Positions 46,901-57,800 of a stretch of 64,000 nucleotides of DNA are shown piece by piece; within the stretch, counting starts at the first letter, position 1, and each line of letters starts with the position of its first letter. Origin of the DNA: an uncultured virus (IMG/VR IMGVR_UViG_3300010355_001052) (taxonomy: Duplodnaviria; Heunggongvirae; Uroviricota; Caudoviricetes); IMG/VR virus record IMGVR_UViG_3300010355_001052, one strand, 5' to 3'. A program made the translations under genes and the position numbers. The notes beneath the pieces are model-generated. The model was not told where the DNA came from and made no database searches. It saw nothing but the letters and a program-made list of their open reading frames with translations.

Positions 46901-49900
46901 TCTAGTAGGACTAATACCTTTTTTCTTTACTGAACTATCAAGTTTACTTTTCTTATGATTTTTCTCTTGAACATAATTCATTAACTCATCAGCAACACCT
47001 TTTACTAGATCAGTACCATTTGGTCTTGTTAATGTGATAAAGTTTTCCGGTAATTCTAAGATTGATCTAATACTAGTGATCATCTTATTTTCATAAGTAG
47101 CAATGAAGTTTCTTTTTTGCTCATTAAGAGAACTAATTTTTTTCTTAAAACTTAGTACTTGTTCTTGACCTTCTTGATAAACTTTTCTTTCTTCAGCAGT
47201 TAATTTAATTTGATCAACAACTTCTTTTCTAGATTTATAGTTTTCCCAGCTTTCAGTATTTAATAAAGCGGCTTCTTTACTAATTCTCCAAAGTTGTTTA
47301 CTCTTATTAAGACCGCGTACTAAAGTCTGTAATTCTTCATCAGTACCATTCTTTATAATTTCTACAGTATCAGAATCTAACTTTTTACTTTTAATAACAG
47401 TTAATAAAGCAGTTCTAATATTAGATACTAGTTGTTGATTCTTCTCATCAAATAAACTGATCTGAGCAGCTAATGATTTAATAGCAGCATTTCTTTCTTT
47501 AATACCACCTTTAAGATCTTTCTTGATATTGGTTAAAGATAAATCAGCACCTATTTTCTTTAGTAGTACATCTTGTTCTGCATTTAATTTATCTATCTCA
47601 ACTTGAATTTCTTCTGGAGAAGAATAAGAAGTTTCTAGAAAATCTCCTTGGGATGTAATCTTTGGAGTGAACACAGTTAATTTATCAATATCAAAATCGG
47701 CTCCTGACTTAGCTACTATCTCAGAAGGAGCTATTAAGATATTACCAGCTGATGGTGGAAGGAACTCATATACTTCCATGAACTCCATAGAGTTAAGACC
47801 TTGAACCGGAATACGGACCCCAACCATAGTAATCTTTTTACGGTTGTCACTCATGTCTAGCCACTCATCATCTTTAAGTAAGTCATTGAGTTTAGCTAAA
47901 CTTTTTTCAAAGTCTAATGTTCTTTCTTCTTTACCATCTACTTCAGTTGTAATGTATTGAGAAATAGATTTACCTTCTTTATCCTTAAGTTTTAATAGGT
48001 TATTAAAGTCACCCTGTAGTGCAACTTTAACTTTCATTGCAGTAGTATTACCATTTGTACCTGGATGATAAGTAGGTAACTGGTTAGTACCATATTTAGT
48101 AAGATCACCTGCAGTAGGTTTAGTAAATGAAGGTTTCTCAAAGAATGACCCAGCTACTTGAATAAGGGGTTCACCACTCATTTTTTGTTTGATGATCTTA
48201 TTATTAACCAGGGCAATTAACATACGCTCTAGTCTCTCACCAATTAAAGATCCGGACCAGTCATAAATAGGTTCTCCTGTTGTCTCATCAGTATTTAAGA
48301 AATCAATATCATGTTCTGATAAACCGGCTTCTTTTAATTCTGCTTGAACAAATCTTACTAGATCTTCTGAGTTACCTGAGAGATTACCATTTTCATCTTC
48401 TTCCCACCCAGCTTGTTTAAGAAACTCTAGTCTTTTTAATTCAGTAATTTTATCTACAAGTGTCTCATAGTTTTTTGATTCCTTGTAAAATTTAGAGCTT
48501 TCTTCTTTTTGTTTCTCAGTTTTTAATTTACTCCATGCATCTTCTCTACTTTTAAATGGTTTATCTGTCATGAAATCTGCAGGGATACCATTTTTATAAA
48601 GACCTTGGATAGCAAGTTTTCTTAACTGAGTAGAGAAGATAACTGATCCTTTAAACTCGTTATTAATATCTAACTGATCTTTAAGATAGTTTAGGTAAAT
48701 GACATTAGGAGTAAATACTACATTATCATTAAACTGTCTGTTCTCTACTGGTCCAGTATAAACTTCATCTGATTTACCATCAGTAGTTATTGTACCTAGT
48801 TTAGATCCTGATTGGAAGGTAGAGTAATCTATACCTTGCTCAACCATTTTGTTATGTAGCTTTTCTAACTGAGTGTCTTTTATTGCTGTAGGAATCAGCG
48901 GAAACAAAGAAAATTTATGGAAAGCTGTTACCGGTAGATTCTCTGTTTTAAGTGGACCCCAGTATTGTACTTTATATGGAGGGAAGAATTCACTCATTTC
49001 TTTTGGACTAGGATTTTTCCCAGCTACAATTTCCATGAATAAATTTTCTTGTGCATCAGACCATTTACTCTCTAGCTTCTTCATCATACGGTATGAGTCA
49101 AAAGTCACATAACCTTGACCATCTCCCTCATCCATTTCAAAGTAAGCTTTCATGATACCACCTGAAGGGTTAGTACGTATACCATTTGGTTTACCATCTT
49201 TATCTACACCTTTAGGTCCATATACCTCAGTATTAACTTTGTCTGTTAATTCTTTACCTTTATATCCTTCTTTTTTATAAAGGTCTTTGTAGAATTTTTC
49301 ATTCAGATCTGCATAAAAATCATAGTAAGCTGATTTAATTTTAGCTTCTTGAATTATTGCAGTATTAAATGTACCATCATATTGTCTGTTTAACATTTTA
49401 CCAGACAGTTTACCTTCTTCAACTAATTTTCTGAAATAAGGTCTAGGATCTTTCCACTGACTATTAATGAAATCTTGTGCAGCTTTATCAGTTCTAAACA
49501 TATAACCCGTAGATGCTATACCGGCATTACGTTTATTGAAGTCATCTTTACTATGATTAAACTGAACTAGATCACCATAGAAAACAAAAGTACTTTCTAC
49601 GTTATGTATCCATGTATTTACAGTATAAGATTTAATCATTGCATTTCTTAATCTCAACTTGTAATCAGGATTCTCTAATAAACTAGGGTTACTTGCTTGT
49701 CTTGCATACAACTGTGGACTAATGTATTCTGCTTTTTCTAATTCAGTTTTAGTCTCAAGTGCTAATGAATCAAAGTATTTACCAATCTGTGTTCTTAATT
49801 CTACACCTAACTTAGCATATTCAGGTGTATTTAAAAGAGCAATGATATCATTATTTACTTTAGATAAATCATCTAGAAACTGTTGCCCTAATACAATACT

Positions 49901-52900
49901 CTTTTCTTTATCTTGAATGATGTCATCAAAGATTGTTAATGAAGTACCGTTAGAATAACTAGTATAATCCTTATAAATTTCTGGATTGTTTCTTACTAAT
50001 CCGGCGCGTAATACTTCAGCTTTAAGATATCCTAAAACAATATCTGAAACTTCTCTCACTGATGCAATAGACTTTGGTGCAGTAGTTGGTGCTAAAAATG
50101 CATCAGTATCTACATAAAGATGATGTTGTTTCTTTCCGGAATAAGTTATCTTATGTTTAATATGTGCACCATATGCAGAACTCTTAGATGCATGCTTCAT
50201 TAATTCATGATGACCTGAATCCAACATCATGTGGAAATCACTAAGGAATTTATCTATTCTACTTGCATTAGATGAGTTAACACCTTTATCAAAGAAGAGA
50301 CCTTCATTGGTCATCTGAATTCCTGATAGATTCTCAAGATCTATTGTAGCAAAATCAGCATCTACTAATGTGCTTTCTTTACGGCGAGTACCAAATAATG
50401 GATCATTAATATTTAAAATGAATACACTATTTAACCATTGAGAAGATAAGATACCCGGGTTTCTTCTAGGATCCATATAATTCATCCATGGTGTTGCACC
50501 ATTTGGATCATAAAGATCTTGGAAAGTTTTAGCTTTATTTACAGCATCTAGAATTACAGTCATTGAGTTATTCAATGAGTGCTCATAAGCTTTTTCATTA
50601 GTAGCTGTAGTTACACTAAGATTAGAATAACTATCTGAATAAGTTGACTGAATATTAGCAATAGCATTTAGACGAGTATATTGAGAAGGTTCAGTATTGC
50701 TTATTACTTTATCTCCTTCTTTATAACTGTAAGCAAACCCATCAGTTAATACTTTAAGCGGCTCATGTACTATTTTACCTGATTTGTATAAATAGTTAAT
50801 TGCAGTAAAGAGTCGGCTAATTTCTAAAGATTTATCACTGTTGATGATACTTCTGATCTCAGGTTTATTATCTAGATAAATACCTATTGATCTTAAGAAC
50901 TCAAATTCTTTACCAGGGATAAGACCAACTGAATCACCTGATTTATTTAATGTTCCAAAATCAGATACTATTCTTTCTAGATTTAAGAAGTTGTTCTTGT
51001 TATTATCTTGCTGAACATATTTGTTATCAGCTGGATTTTGTTTCTTAAAGTCACTACTCCAATCTCTTTGTACTTTAATTAGCTCAGAAGATACACGTCC
51101 TATACTGTAAGAGAAAGTAACTTCTTCAGTTTCATAATCTTTATTTCTACTATTAGTCATTTGAACTAATGGGATCCGCGGCTTATTAAAATCTTGCCAG
51201 AATGCAGTCCACATATCAAATTCAGAATCTGATAATCCTTTAGTAGAACTTCCAGTAGGTGGTCCTAGTTTATCAGCTAGTTGAACAAATGATCCAAAAC
51301 TAGATTTAGCTAATAGCTCAACATCTTTTTTATCTATTAATGTTTTAAACTTTTCTCTAATCTTACTTACTTCAGCTTGAGATTTACCGGCTTTTTGAGC
51401 CTGGTTAACTTCTAGAGCCATTTGTTCTTTAAGTTCTTCTTTTTTAAATAACAAACTATTATCAGCAAGACGTGAGTATAGTTCTTCCGGAGTAGAAGAT
51501 CCAGCTAAGTTTCTCACCATTGAGTTCCAAGCTTCACCAAAATTAACTAGGTTAGGGAACCCTAATCTGTTTCTAGTTACTTTACCGGTTGAATCTACTT
51601 GATGTAAAGATTGAATTAAATACAGAGTTCTTAAACTAGCAAGTTGTTTAATAGATAATTCATTACCTCTACGGTCATTCATATGAAGACCTTTAGAAAT
51701 AACATCAGCATCTGAGGTTGCAGATTCAGTTGATTCTGCAGCTTCTTTTTCAGCAGCTGTTTCTACAACATCAGCTAGTACATCTTTAAATACACTCTTC
51801 TCACGATGACGTGCTATCATCCCTTTTTTCTGTGTACCTCTAAGTGTATCTTTAATAACTTCAATGTCACCAGTATTATCAACAGCCCACTTTAAACTTT
51901 TAATATCATTAGCTAGAATTTGATTATCATATTCTAACTTTTGTTCTTCAGTTAAACTATTATATTCTGATGTTAGTTCATCTAATTTTTTTTGTAATTG
52001 TCCTTTAACCCAGCTATATAAAGCTACTTGGTTATTAAAGTTAGAGAAGATTTTAGCAGAGGCTAATCTATCTTGACGCTTTAAGTTTTGTGAATCAACA
52101 TAAGTTGAAATTAAAGAGTCAATAGAACTAATTACTAATTTTTCTTCATCAAAAGATAAACCACTTGTATCAGCGTCTTCTAATGCAACAGCTCCAGATC
52201 TTAAAGATCCAAACATTACATTAGATATATTTGGTGTATAGTGATTTAAAAACTCATTAGATTCTTTACCGGTCTTATTAGCAAAGTATAAATTATCAAA
52301 TAGATCTTGTACCGGTTGGATATAAGCTTGTTGTACAGCAATATCTTTAGGAGTTAATCCAGCAAATAAACTCTTAATGAAATCCCAGATCTTTTGGAAG
52401 ATGTTTCTAGCAGCTTTAGGTAAAGTCTTACTAGGTTTATCTCCCATAGAGAAGTTTCTAAATTCTTCAGCCAGGTACTCTTCAATTTGTCTGTTACTAG
52501 CTAAATTAGATTCTACTTTAGTACCATCAGGAAGTGTAATTTTGATCTTAGCATCTTTAACTGATTGATAAAGTTTTTTCTTTTCAGGTATAGATAAATA
52601 CAACTGAGAGAATGCATGCCAAGCTTCGTGATAGATATCGGTATAATTAGATCCGTTGTATAAGGTAATACCAGCAGTGGTCCATGTAGCCCATGCATCA
52701 GAGTTGGTTATATTAACCATCTGATTTAATGGTACAAATTTAGAAAGAGGATGACTCTTCCACCATTTCATAGCAGCTGTAATCTCATCTGTACTAGCAC
52801 CAGATTTTAATATTCTAGATCTTGTAAGTTCACCTAGGTCATCATAATCAACTGGATTATCTTTAGCTGGGTGATTAGTTTCAACATTTTCTATTACAGT

Positions 52901-54808
52901 TTCAATAACCGGTTCAGTTACACTAGATGTAACTTTACCATGGATTTTATCTAATTGATCCTGTGGTACCTCAAAAGTTAGATATCCATTAAGCGCATAT
53001 ACTCTACCATCTGCTGCAGGTTCTGCTAATGCATTATTTCTTTTTATAATATAATCTAAGTATGAAGATTTAGTTGCTTTGGCAACGTCATCTTTAATAT
53101 TAAAAGTAGTTATTTCATTAGTAGCTAATACATCTTTGTTAACTGAGAAATAAGGATTTGCTTTAGATAATAACTCTACTAGTTGTTTTTCTAGTGCGGC
53201 TTTATCTTGAGATAATAGATTTATTTTTGTACCTAAAATATTTAACGATAAACTGTGGGTATCTTCATCATAAAAGAATTTAATACCATTTTTACCAGGA
53301 GTAAAAAACTGTACTACATAATTATACTTTTCAAGATTAGTTAATTTAATACCTGATAAAGTTAAATCTCTACTTAAGACTTGAGCTATATTAGTTATTA
53401 GTTCAGGTTCATTTTGAACTATAGATAATTGTTTTAATTCAATTGGTGTTTCTAATCCATCCATTACTAGATAAGTATACCCAGCAATTCTCATAGGAGT
53501 ATTTTCTGTAGCAGGACTTATTACATCTTTTGTTGGATCAATATTAAATTTAGAAAGAGGAGTTATTTTGGTACCATAATATCCTTTGGATCCTCCAGTA
53601 ATATCTAGTACAACTGAAGCTTGAGGATTAGTAGTTAAATAGTTTCTTATATCTAGAATCTGTTGTAGTTCTTTTTGACGAAGCTCATTAAGATCTTTTT
53701 CATATGCTGGTTTATCAAAACCTATACGCGCTGCAAAATCATTTACTGATTCTCCTTTTTTCTTAATAGCACCTATAGCAACTGCTCTTTCATCAATAGC
53801 TTTATTTACTATTTCAGAAACTGATGCTATATTTTTTGCTTCTAAACCTTTTGCAGTAGATTGTACAGTTCTTATAGTTTGGTATACTATTTTACCACCT
53901 TCATCAATTGTAGTTATTTCTCCTTTATCATTAAAGTAAAGAGGCTCCCCTTCATTATTTGTTATTACTGCAACTACACCTGGTTCTAATTTTTTCTTTT
54001 TAAATTCTTCTGGAGTAGTAATTACTGTTTTACCATCAGCTGATAATTCACCTGTAGTTAAATCTCTTTGAGTTCTTAGTCTTAGTTGACTATAGTCACC
54101 TTTAGAAACACCAGGTAAATTTTTTGTTCTTACAATAGATAGTTTAAATCCGGTATGACCACTATAAGTTAAAGTTTCTCCAGTTAATTCACCTGAGTTT
54201 CTTATAGCATCAACTAGTTTATTATTCACATTATAATAAAAATCTTCTTCAGGATTAGGAGTATTTGTGTACTTCCCGAATTTATCTATAGTTGATTGTT
54301 GACCAGTAGTAGCCCATGGTGAAGTAGGGTAAGCAGTGTCAAAAAAGAAAAGCTTATTACGCATTTCAGTTATCTCTTCAGCAGAAGTTTTATCTTCCTC
54401 ATCTTCTTTAGGTTCTAACTGATCCGCTCTAAAGTCTGCATTAAGCTCTTCTATATTTGGAACTTCCGGAGCTAAGTATTTTACAACATTATCATAACCC
54501 ATTACTGGATCAGAAAAACTTTCTACAAGATCTTTTAATGGTCTTGTATTATCTGGCATAATGTTCATTAGATCTCTATGACCAACACCTCTTAATATGA
54601 TCTCAGGTACAAGTCCTACAAGAGTATTAGTCCACTCTTCATCAACTTTACCTTCTTCATCTTTAGATGCTTCTAATAGATCTTCATGTACTTCTTTAAT
54701 AAAAGTATCTACATCAACAGGTTGTTTCTTATCAGCCTGCTCATATAATTTACCAAAGATTCTAGCGCGGAAATCTCTAATTTGTTCTTTATCTAATGCA
54801 CAAAACAT
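43919..54808 (-). CDS. crAss-type virion DNA-dependent RNA polymerase (multidomain)
   Basis: 3629 aa; RIP...GADFDIDKL catalytic loop at about 47681-47701; DGQGY, STQLRK; HEAWH motif. Confidence 0.88.
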   Translation of the reverse strand: MFCALDKEQIRDFRARIFGKLYEQADKKQPVDVDTFIKEVHEDLLEASKDEEGKVDEEWTNTLVGLVPEIILRGVGHRDLMNIMPDNTRPLKDLVESFSDPVMGYDNVVKYLAPEVPNIEELNADFRADQLEPKEDEEDKTSAEEITEMRNKLFFFDTAYPTSPWATTGQQSTIDKFGKYTNTPNPEEDFYYNVNNKLVDAIRNSGELTGETLTYSGHTGFKLSIVRTKNLPGVSKGDYSQLRLRTQRDLTTGELSADGKTVITTPEEFKKKKLEPGVVAVITNNEGEPLYFNDKGEITTIDEGGKIVYQTIRTVQSTAKGLEAKNIASVSEIVNKAIDERAVAIGAIKKKGESVNDFAARIGFDKPAYEKDLNELRQKELQQILDIRNYLTTNPQASVVLDITGGSKGYYGTKITPLSKFNIDPTKDVISPATENTPMRIAGYTYLVMDGLETPIELKQLSIVQNEPELITNIAQVLSRDLTLSGIKLTNLEKYNYVVQFFTPGKNGIKFFYDEDTHSLSLNILGTKINLLSQDKAALEKQLVELLSKANPYFSVNKDVLATNEITTFNIKDDVAKATKSSYLDYIIKRNNALAEPAADGRVYALNGYLTFEVPQDQLDKIHGKVTSSVTEPVIETVIENVETNHPAKDNPVDYDDLGELTRSRILKSGASTDEITAAMKWWKSHPLSKFVPLNQMVNITNSDAWATWTTAGITLYNGSNYTDIYHEAWHAFSQLYLSIPEKKKLYQSVKDAKIKITLPDGTKVESNLASNRQIEEYLAEEFRNFSMGDKPSKTLPKAARNIFQKIWDFIKSLFAGLTPKDIAVQQAYIQPVQDLFDNLYFANKTGKESNEFLNHYTPNISNVMFGSLRSGAVALEDADTSGLSFDEEKLVISSIDSLISTYVDSQNLKRQDRLASAKIFSNFNNQVALYSWVKGQLQKKLDELTSEYNSLTEEQKLEYDNQILANDIKSLKWAVDNTGDIEVIKDTLRGTQKKGMIARHREKSVFKDVLADVVETAAEKEAAESTESATSDADVISKGLHMNDRRGNELSIKQLASLRTLYLIQSLHQVDSTGKVTRNRLGFPNLVNFGEAWNSMVRNLAGSSTPEELYSRLADNSLLFKKEELKEQMALEVNQAQKAGKSQAEVSKIREKFKTLIDKKDVELLAKSSFGSFVQLADKLGPPTGSSTKGLSDSEFDMWTAFWQDFNKPRIPLVQMTNSRNKDYETEEVTFSYSIGRVSSELIKVQRDWSSDFKKQNPADNKYVQQDNNKNNFLNLERIVSDFGTLNKSGDSVGLIPGKEFEFLRSIGIYLDNKPEIRSIINSDKSLEISRLFTAINYLYKSGKIVHEPLKVLTDGFAYSYKEGDKVISNTEPSQYTRLNAIANIQSTYSDSYSNLSVTTATNEKAYEHSLNNSMTVILDAVNKAKTFQDLYDPNGATPWMNYMDPRRNPGILSSQWLNSVFILNINDPLFGTRRKESTLVDADFATIDLENLSGIQMTNEGLFFDKGVNSSNASRIDKFLSDFHMMLDSGHHELMKHASKSSAYGAHIKHKITYSGKKQHHLYVDTDAFLAPTTAPKSIASVREVSDIVLGYLKAEVLRAGLVRNNPEIYKDYTSYSNGTSLTIFDDIIQDKEKSIVLGQQFLDDLSKVNNDIIALLNTPEYAKLGVELRTQIGKYFDSLALETKTELEKAEYISPQLYARQASNPSLLENPDYKLRLRNAMIKSYTVNTWIHNVESTFVFYGDLVQFNHSKDDFNKRNAGIASTGYMFRTDKAAQDFINSQWKDPRPYFRKLVEEGKLSGKMLNRQYDGTFNTAIIQEAKIKSAYYDFYADLNEKFYKDLYKKEGYKGKELTDKVNTEVYGPKGVDKDGKPNGIRTNPSGGIMKAYFEMDEGDGQGYVTFDSYRMMKKLESKWSDAQENLFMEIVAGKNPSPKEMSEFFPPYKVQYWGPLKTENLPVTAFHKFSLFPLIPTAIKDTQLEKLHNKMVEQGIDYSTFQSGSKLGTITTDGKSDEVYTGPVENRQFNDNVVFTPNVIYLNYLKDQLDINNEFKGSVIFSTQLRKLAIQGLYKNGIPADFMTDKPFKSREDAWSKLKTEKQKEESSKFYKESKNYETLVDKITELKRLEFLKQAGWEEDENGNLSGNSEDLVRFVQAELKEAGLSEHDIDFLNTDETTGEPIYDWSGSLIGERLERMLIALVNNKIIKQKMSGEPLIQVAGSFFEKPSFTKPTAGDLTKYGTNQLPTYHPGTNGNTTAMKVKVALQGDFNNLLKLKDKEGKSISQYITTEVDGKEERTLDFEKSLAKLNDLLKDDEWLDMSDNRKKITMVGVRIPVQGLNSMEFMEVYEFLPPSAGNILIAPSEIVAKSGADFDIDKLTVFTPKITSQGDFLETSYSSPEEIQVEIDKLNAEQDVLLKKIGADLSLTNIKKDLKGGIKERNAAIKSLAAQISLFDEKNQQLVSNIRTALLTVIKSKKLDSDTVEIIKNGTDEELQTLVRGLNKSKQLWRISKEAALLNTESWENYKSRKEVVDQIKLTAEERKVYQEGQEQVLSFKKKISSLNEQKRNFIATYENKMITSIRSILELPENFITLTRPNGTDLVKGVADELMNYVQEKNHKKSKLDSSVKKKGISPTRVLEPMFVLDKHQDNNIGKTSLGIAAITNPANTTYTRIGGSLPPTMSFLVKNAEGKLEMEEMPVTLYLNHNKVGDRISMSHIYDTTGTTKIADIISQLMNGFVDVEKDAWVAYIQGNPEVLPILLSLVEAGTPFREAAYFVSNPLVREYVREQRKAKGIFAGPLKTEPINEETNEVDTSLIKSIAVQNIWAKYNLSKSTGLKRVPTKLNLYKTIDSLMTEIGGLPIKTLEKIVATNSYTVNKDAGLPENSKETVAAFLHFLQIEKFTSGTKNLRLKTNVDTKKDATLFDAKLREVNIENLHNEEGLETSLINRYLDESIISSFRIQNFQQKLWGRFFKTKNNDVVNEFLVQKALDKDLIKQISKKTGWKIDKIASEFKNNFMLFMFQNYIKSFELGSSDIYKGMKSTDKVPVQYVDKLNAGVLVKEDKGIPYIYIDQVQLEKDWNTQVFAQKSGAGSYGERGLAEVPVAYFTFKGNQSKKEYTNFVIEREYLRYMLPMSKAKDDQNFKTLLNNVKTSTTRDEKESESDYNTRITSGAYEMFLRNLALDNTQNFKKIFYSKTSSMGQQLLDIIKNNEHLTQEYPILGQFAIRVSDRPQEGLKGLTNILLKDQRDMDADTATSYHDALKKLADPTVIKVKDKSENDKISSYFRALPLFAFMQSGMSKGEFSFTNVVPYGDFMNIMEEPIRAFNNFLKWQTIKEGSQQHAKVLANSNAFIIKPVPNTDMIQVAPVEVLNRYWSSFVNLNSLENVANRGKFMNYLYDTTPLALLEGSRVQSTVAYSPFLLPTNREFTYRLLESVVTEGVDEKGQSKRVFQYLNKERVTELANANPNAIFVYDDIYTRAEAKKNNNFPLMKSIVDRQSTANPTINFSYHVNSSGIRTLKDISKAFTPTDSKGVELVKGFIKEDLDRLIELQKSGKSIVFSERGYGQDLRYTDSTAQKEVFEYLSKELYTNFGYVNPGSENVPSVMEIIINQQVVTDEDYINLKNSCLIS

Positions 54809-54811
54809 ATC

Positions 54812-57800
54812 TTAACATTTTTTCTTTTTGAATCCTTTTAACGCGCTACCTTTAGAATACTTAGCTTTACCTGTAGCAGCATCTTCATCAAACTCCTGAT
54901 CAGTTAATTCATTAGCTGCAGCAACAGTTTGTTTAATAGATTCTAGTGCTTCTTTATCAACTTCTTTAGTAACCGGTTCTGGATTAAGAGTAGGATCCAC
55001 TATACTATCAATTACAAATGATGTATCTTCTGATGGTATTTTCATAGTTTCTGTACCTGCTATTTGTTTAAGATTAACTGTGTTTCCTTTACTTGGATCA
55101 TTAGTAACTCTAAACTGTACTCCATTAACTAAAACTCTTGTTCCTTTCTTTAAGCTTGATGCAACTGGATTAATCAGCATCTCTTGACGGCGGTTATCTA
55201 TTAGGGTACTAATACCTTCAGTACTTTCTAATTGCCCAAGACTTAATAACTCAATAAGTTTTTCCTCAACAGTGTTTAGGTCTTCTAATGATTGAGCAGT
55301 CTCAATCATCCCTTTAGCTTGTTGTAAAGATACAATTTCTGGCTGATTAGCCTTAGCATATTTAGTAAGTAATTCTACAGAATCTTCTACTGAAGTAAAT
55401 GTCATAGCTTCTTGGAAGTCATCCTCAGTCATAACATCTACCATAGCTTCTGTAAAACCTAACTTCTTAAGTTTAGCCTTAGCTTTAGGTGATCTATCTG
55501 TAGCTATTTGGATACCTTCAACTGGAGCTATAACAGGTTTAGCTATAACTCTAGGCTTAACTGCATAAATAGAGAATGCTTCAGTACCTTTGATATACTC
55601 TTCTAATTGACCATTGTCTTTTTTAAACTCATCCCAAGATCCATATCCTTGAGCTTTAGCATAATCAGTAGATGAAATGATTGTAACTTGATTACCATTA
55701 TCATACACTGAATTAACACCATTTTGTTTTAATAACTCAACTGCATTACCATTGATCCATACCTCTGGTTCTACACCTTCAGTATTAATCATACTAGCTC
55801 CCATTAATACTAGAGACACCTCTATTTCAGTAGCTTCAACTTTACCGGCAGGATCTTTACGGTTAATAACATAAAGTCCTGGTTTAGTACCCATTGGCTC
55901 TACAGTTAAGTTCTTTTTACCTTCTAGTATCTTTTCAGGTTGATCATTATTAAATGTGATAACTGGTTTAGAATCAGCTACCTTTTGATCATCATTACTA
56001 TCTAGTAATAATCTACCTGATAATACCGTGGCTTCAAGTTGTTTACCTTTCCATTGAACTACATTACCATCTTGATCAGTACTTACAACATAGTCTGATT
56101 CAGCACTTGTGATAGTATATGTTTTACCTGAACCTGGAGCATAGTATTTATTACCTACAAATCTTTCAAATTGTGGTTTACCTTTTGGTTCAACTACCGG
56201 TTCTGCAGCTTTATTAACTGGTGCACTTTCTGGTTTAGCTTGTACTGGTGCAGGTTTAACTGGTGCAAGTTCCATATTCTCCATAGCTTGCTGAGCTTCA
56301 CTAAGAACAAAATACATGTCTCTAGTTTTGGAAGAAGGTTCTAATGCTTTAACAGCTTCTCTATGTTCAAATTGTACTTTAGATAAGTGCTGGAAATTCT
56401 TAATTAAATCTGCAGTTATTTTATTAAATTGCTTAGGAAAAGTATTGTTTTTAGATTTTGTAAGTCGTTGTAGAAGTATGCCCAAGGCTTCTCTTTGACC
56501 TCTGAATTCTGGACTTCTATAACCTTTTACATTATCATCTATATTCTTAATTCTAGTTTTTATCTCTGGAATCAAATCTCCAGCTAAATGAAGATCAATT
56601 AACTCATCAGCCATACCTAAATTAATTAAGGCTTGTCTAAGTGTAGATATTCTAGATTGAATAGTTTCTATTTCTTCTTCAAGGAACATAGCTCTAAAAC
56701 CAAGTTCTTCTTTGATCTTAGTTAATCTATCCTGAAGATAAGCTTTCATTGTATCAGCTTTACTTACTTTACCAGCAAGTGCTTCATCATAAGCATCTAT
56801 TGTTACATTAAGTAACATGTCAAGTCTTTGACGTTGTAGAGTAACACGCTGTCTTTCAGCTTTTAATTTTTCAAGATTTTGTTCTAGTACATTGATTCTA
56901 CTTTGTATAGATTTAATCTCAGCTTTAATAGCACGCTTTTTACCTTTAAGTTCTTTAGCTGAACCTCTTTCTAAGAAAGTTCTCAATTCTACAACACGCT
57001 CTATTGATGCATCAAGTTCTTTCTGATCAGCTGCTAAGTTATCTTCTGTAGTTCTAATTAGAAGATCTTGATTCTTAATATTATCTCTTAGACTTTTTAA
57101 GTAACCGGTTAGATATTTAATTCTATTCTTAGCTACCTCTTGAACTTGTTTTACTTCTACTGCTTCTTTTACAATTGGTTCTTCTACAGGAGCTGGTTTA
57201 ATATCTGCAGTAATAGGAACAACAGTTTCTACACTAGAATCATAATTAAGTTTAATAGATACTGGGTTACCGGCATCATCTTTTCTTGGCATTGCTACAC
57301 TGGTTACATTACCATCTAAGTCTTCTGTTGTAGAGATCGGCAGAATAGCTAATCCTTTAACTGGAATACCAGATTGATTTTGTAAGATGTTTTTATAGAT
57401 AGATAACTGAAGGGTGTTCTCCATCATACTAACACTGTGAGGAAGTTTACCTTTAGGATCTTCATACCCTTCCCATTTAGATGTACTACCTGTCTTGATA
57501 TCATAGATAATGTAATTACCTTTTTTATCAATAAGTAATAAATCCAGGGTACCGGCAACTCCAGCATTCTGATCCCAAACTGTAAAGTCTGTAGCTTGAA
57601 CTACATAACCATCAGCTGTTAATTTGTTTCTGATTTTTCTAAGGATACTACCAAGTTCTTTATAAGCTTCATCTGTAAAGTAAGCCGGTTTTGGACCCAG
57701 CTCTCCTTTTTCAAAGAATTCTCTTATGTGATTATCTACTTGGTTACCTCTAATTGTAGTATGTTCAAATGCTAATTCATCAAGACTACTAGCTACATTT

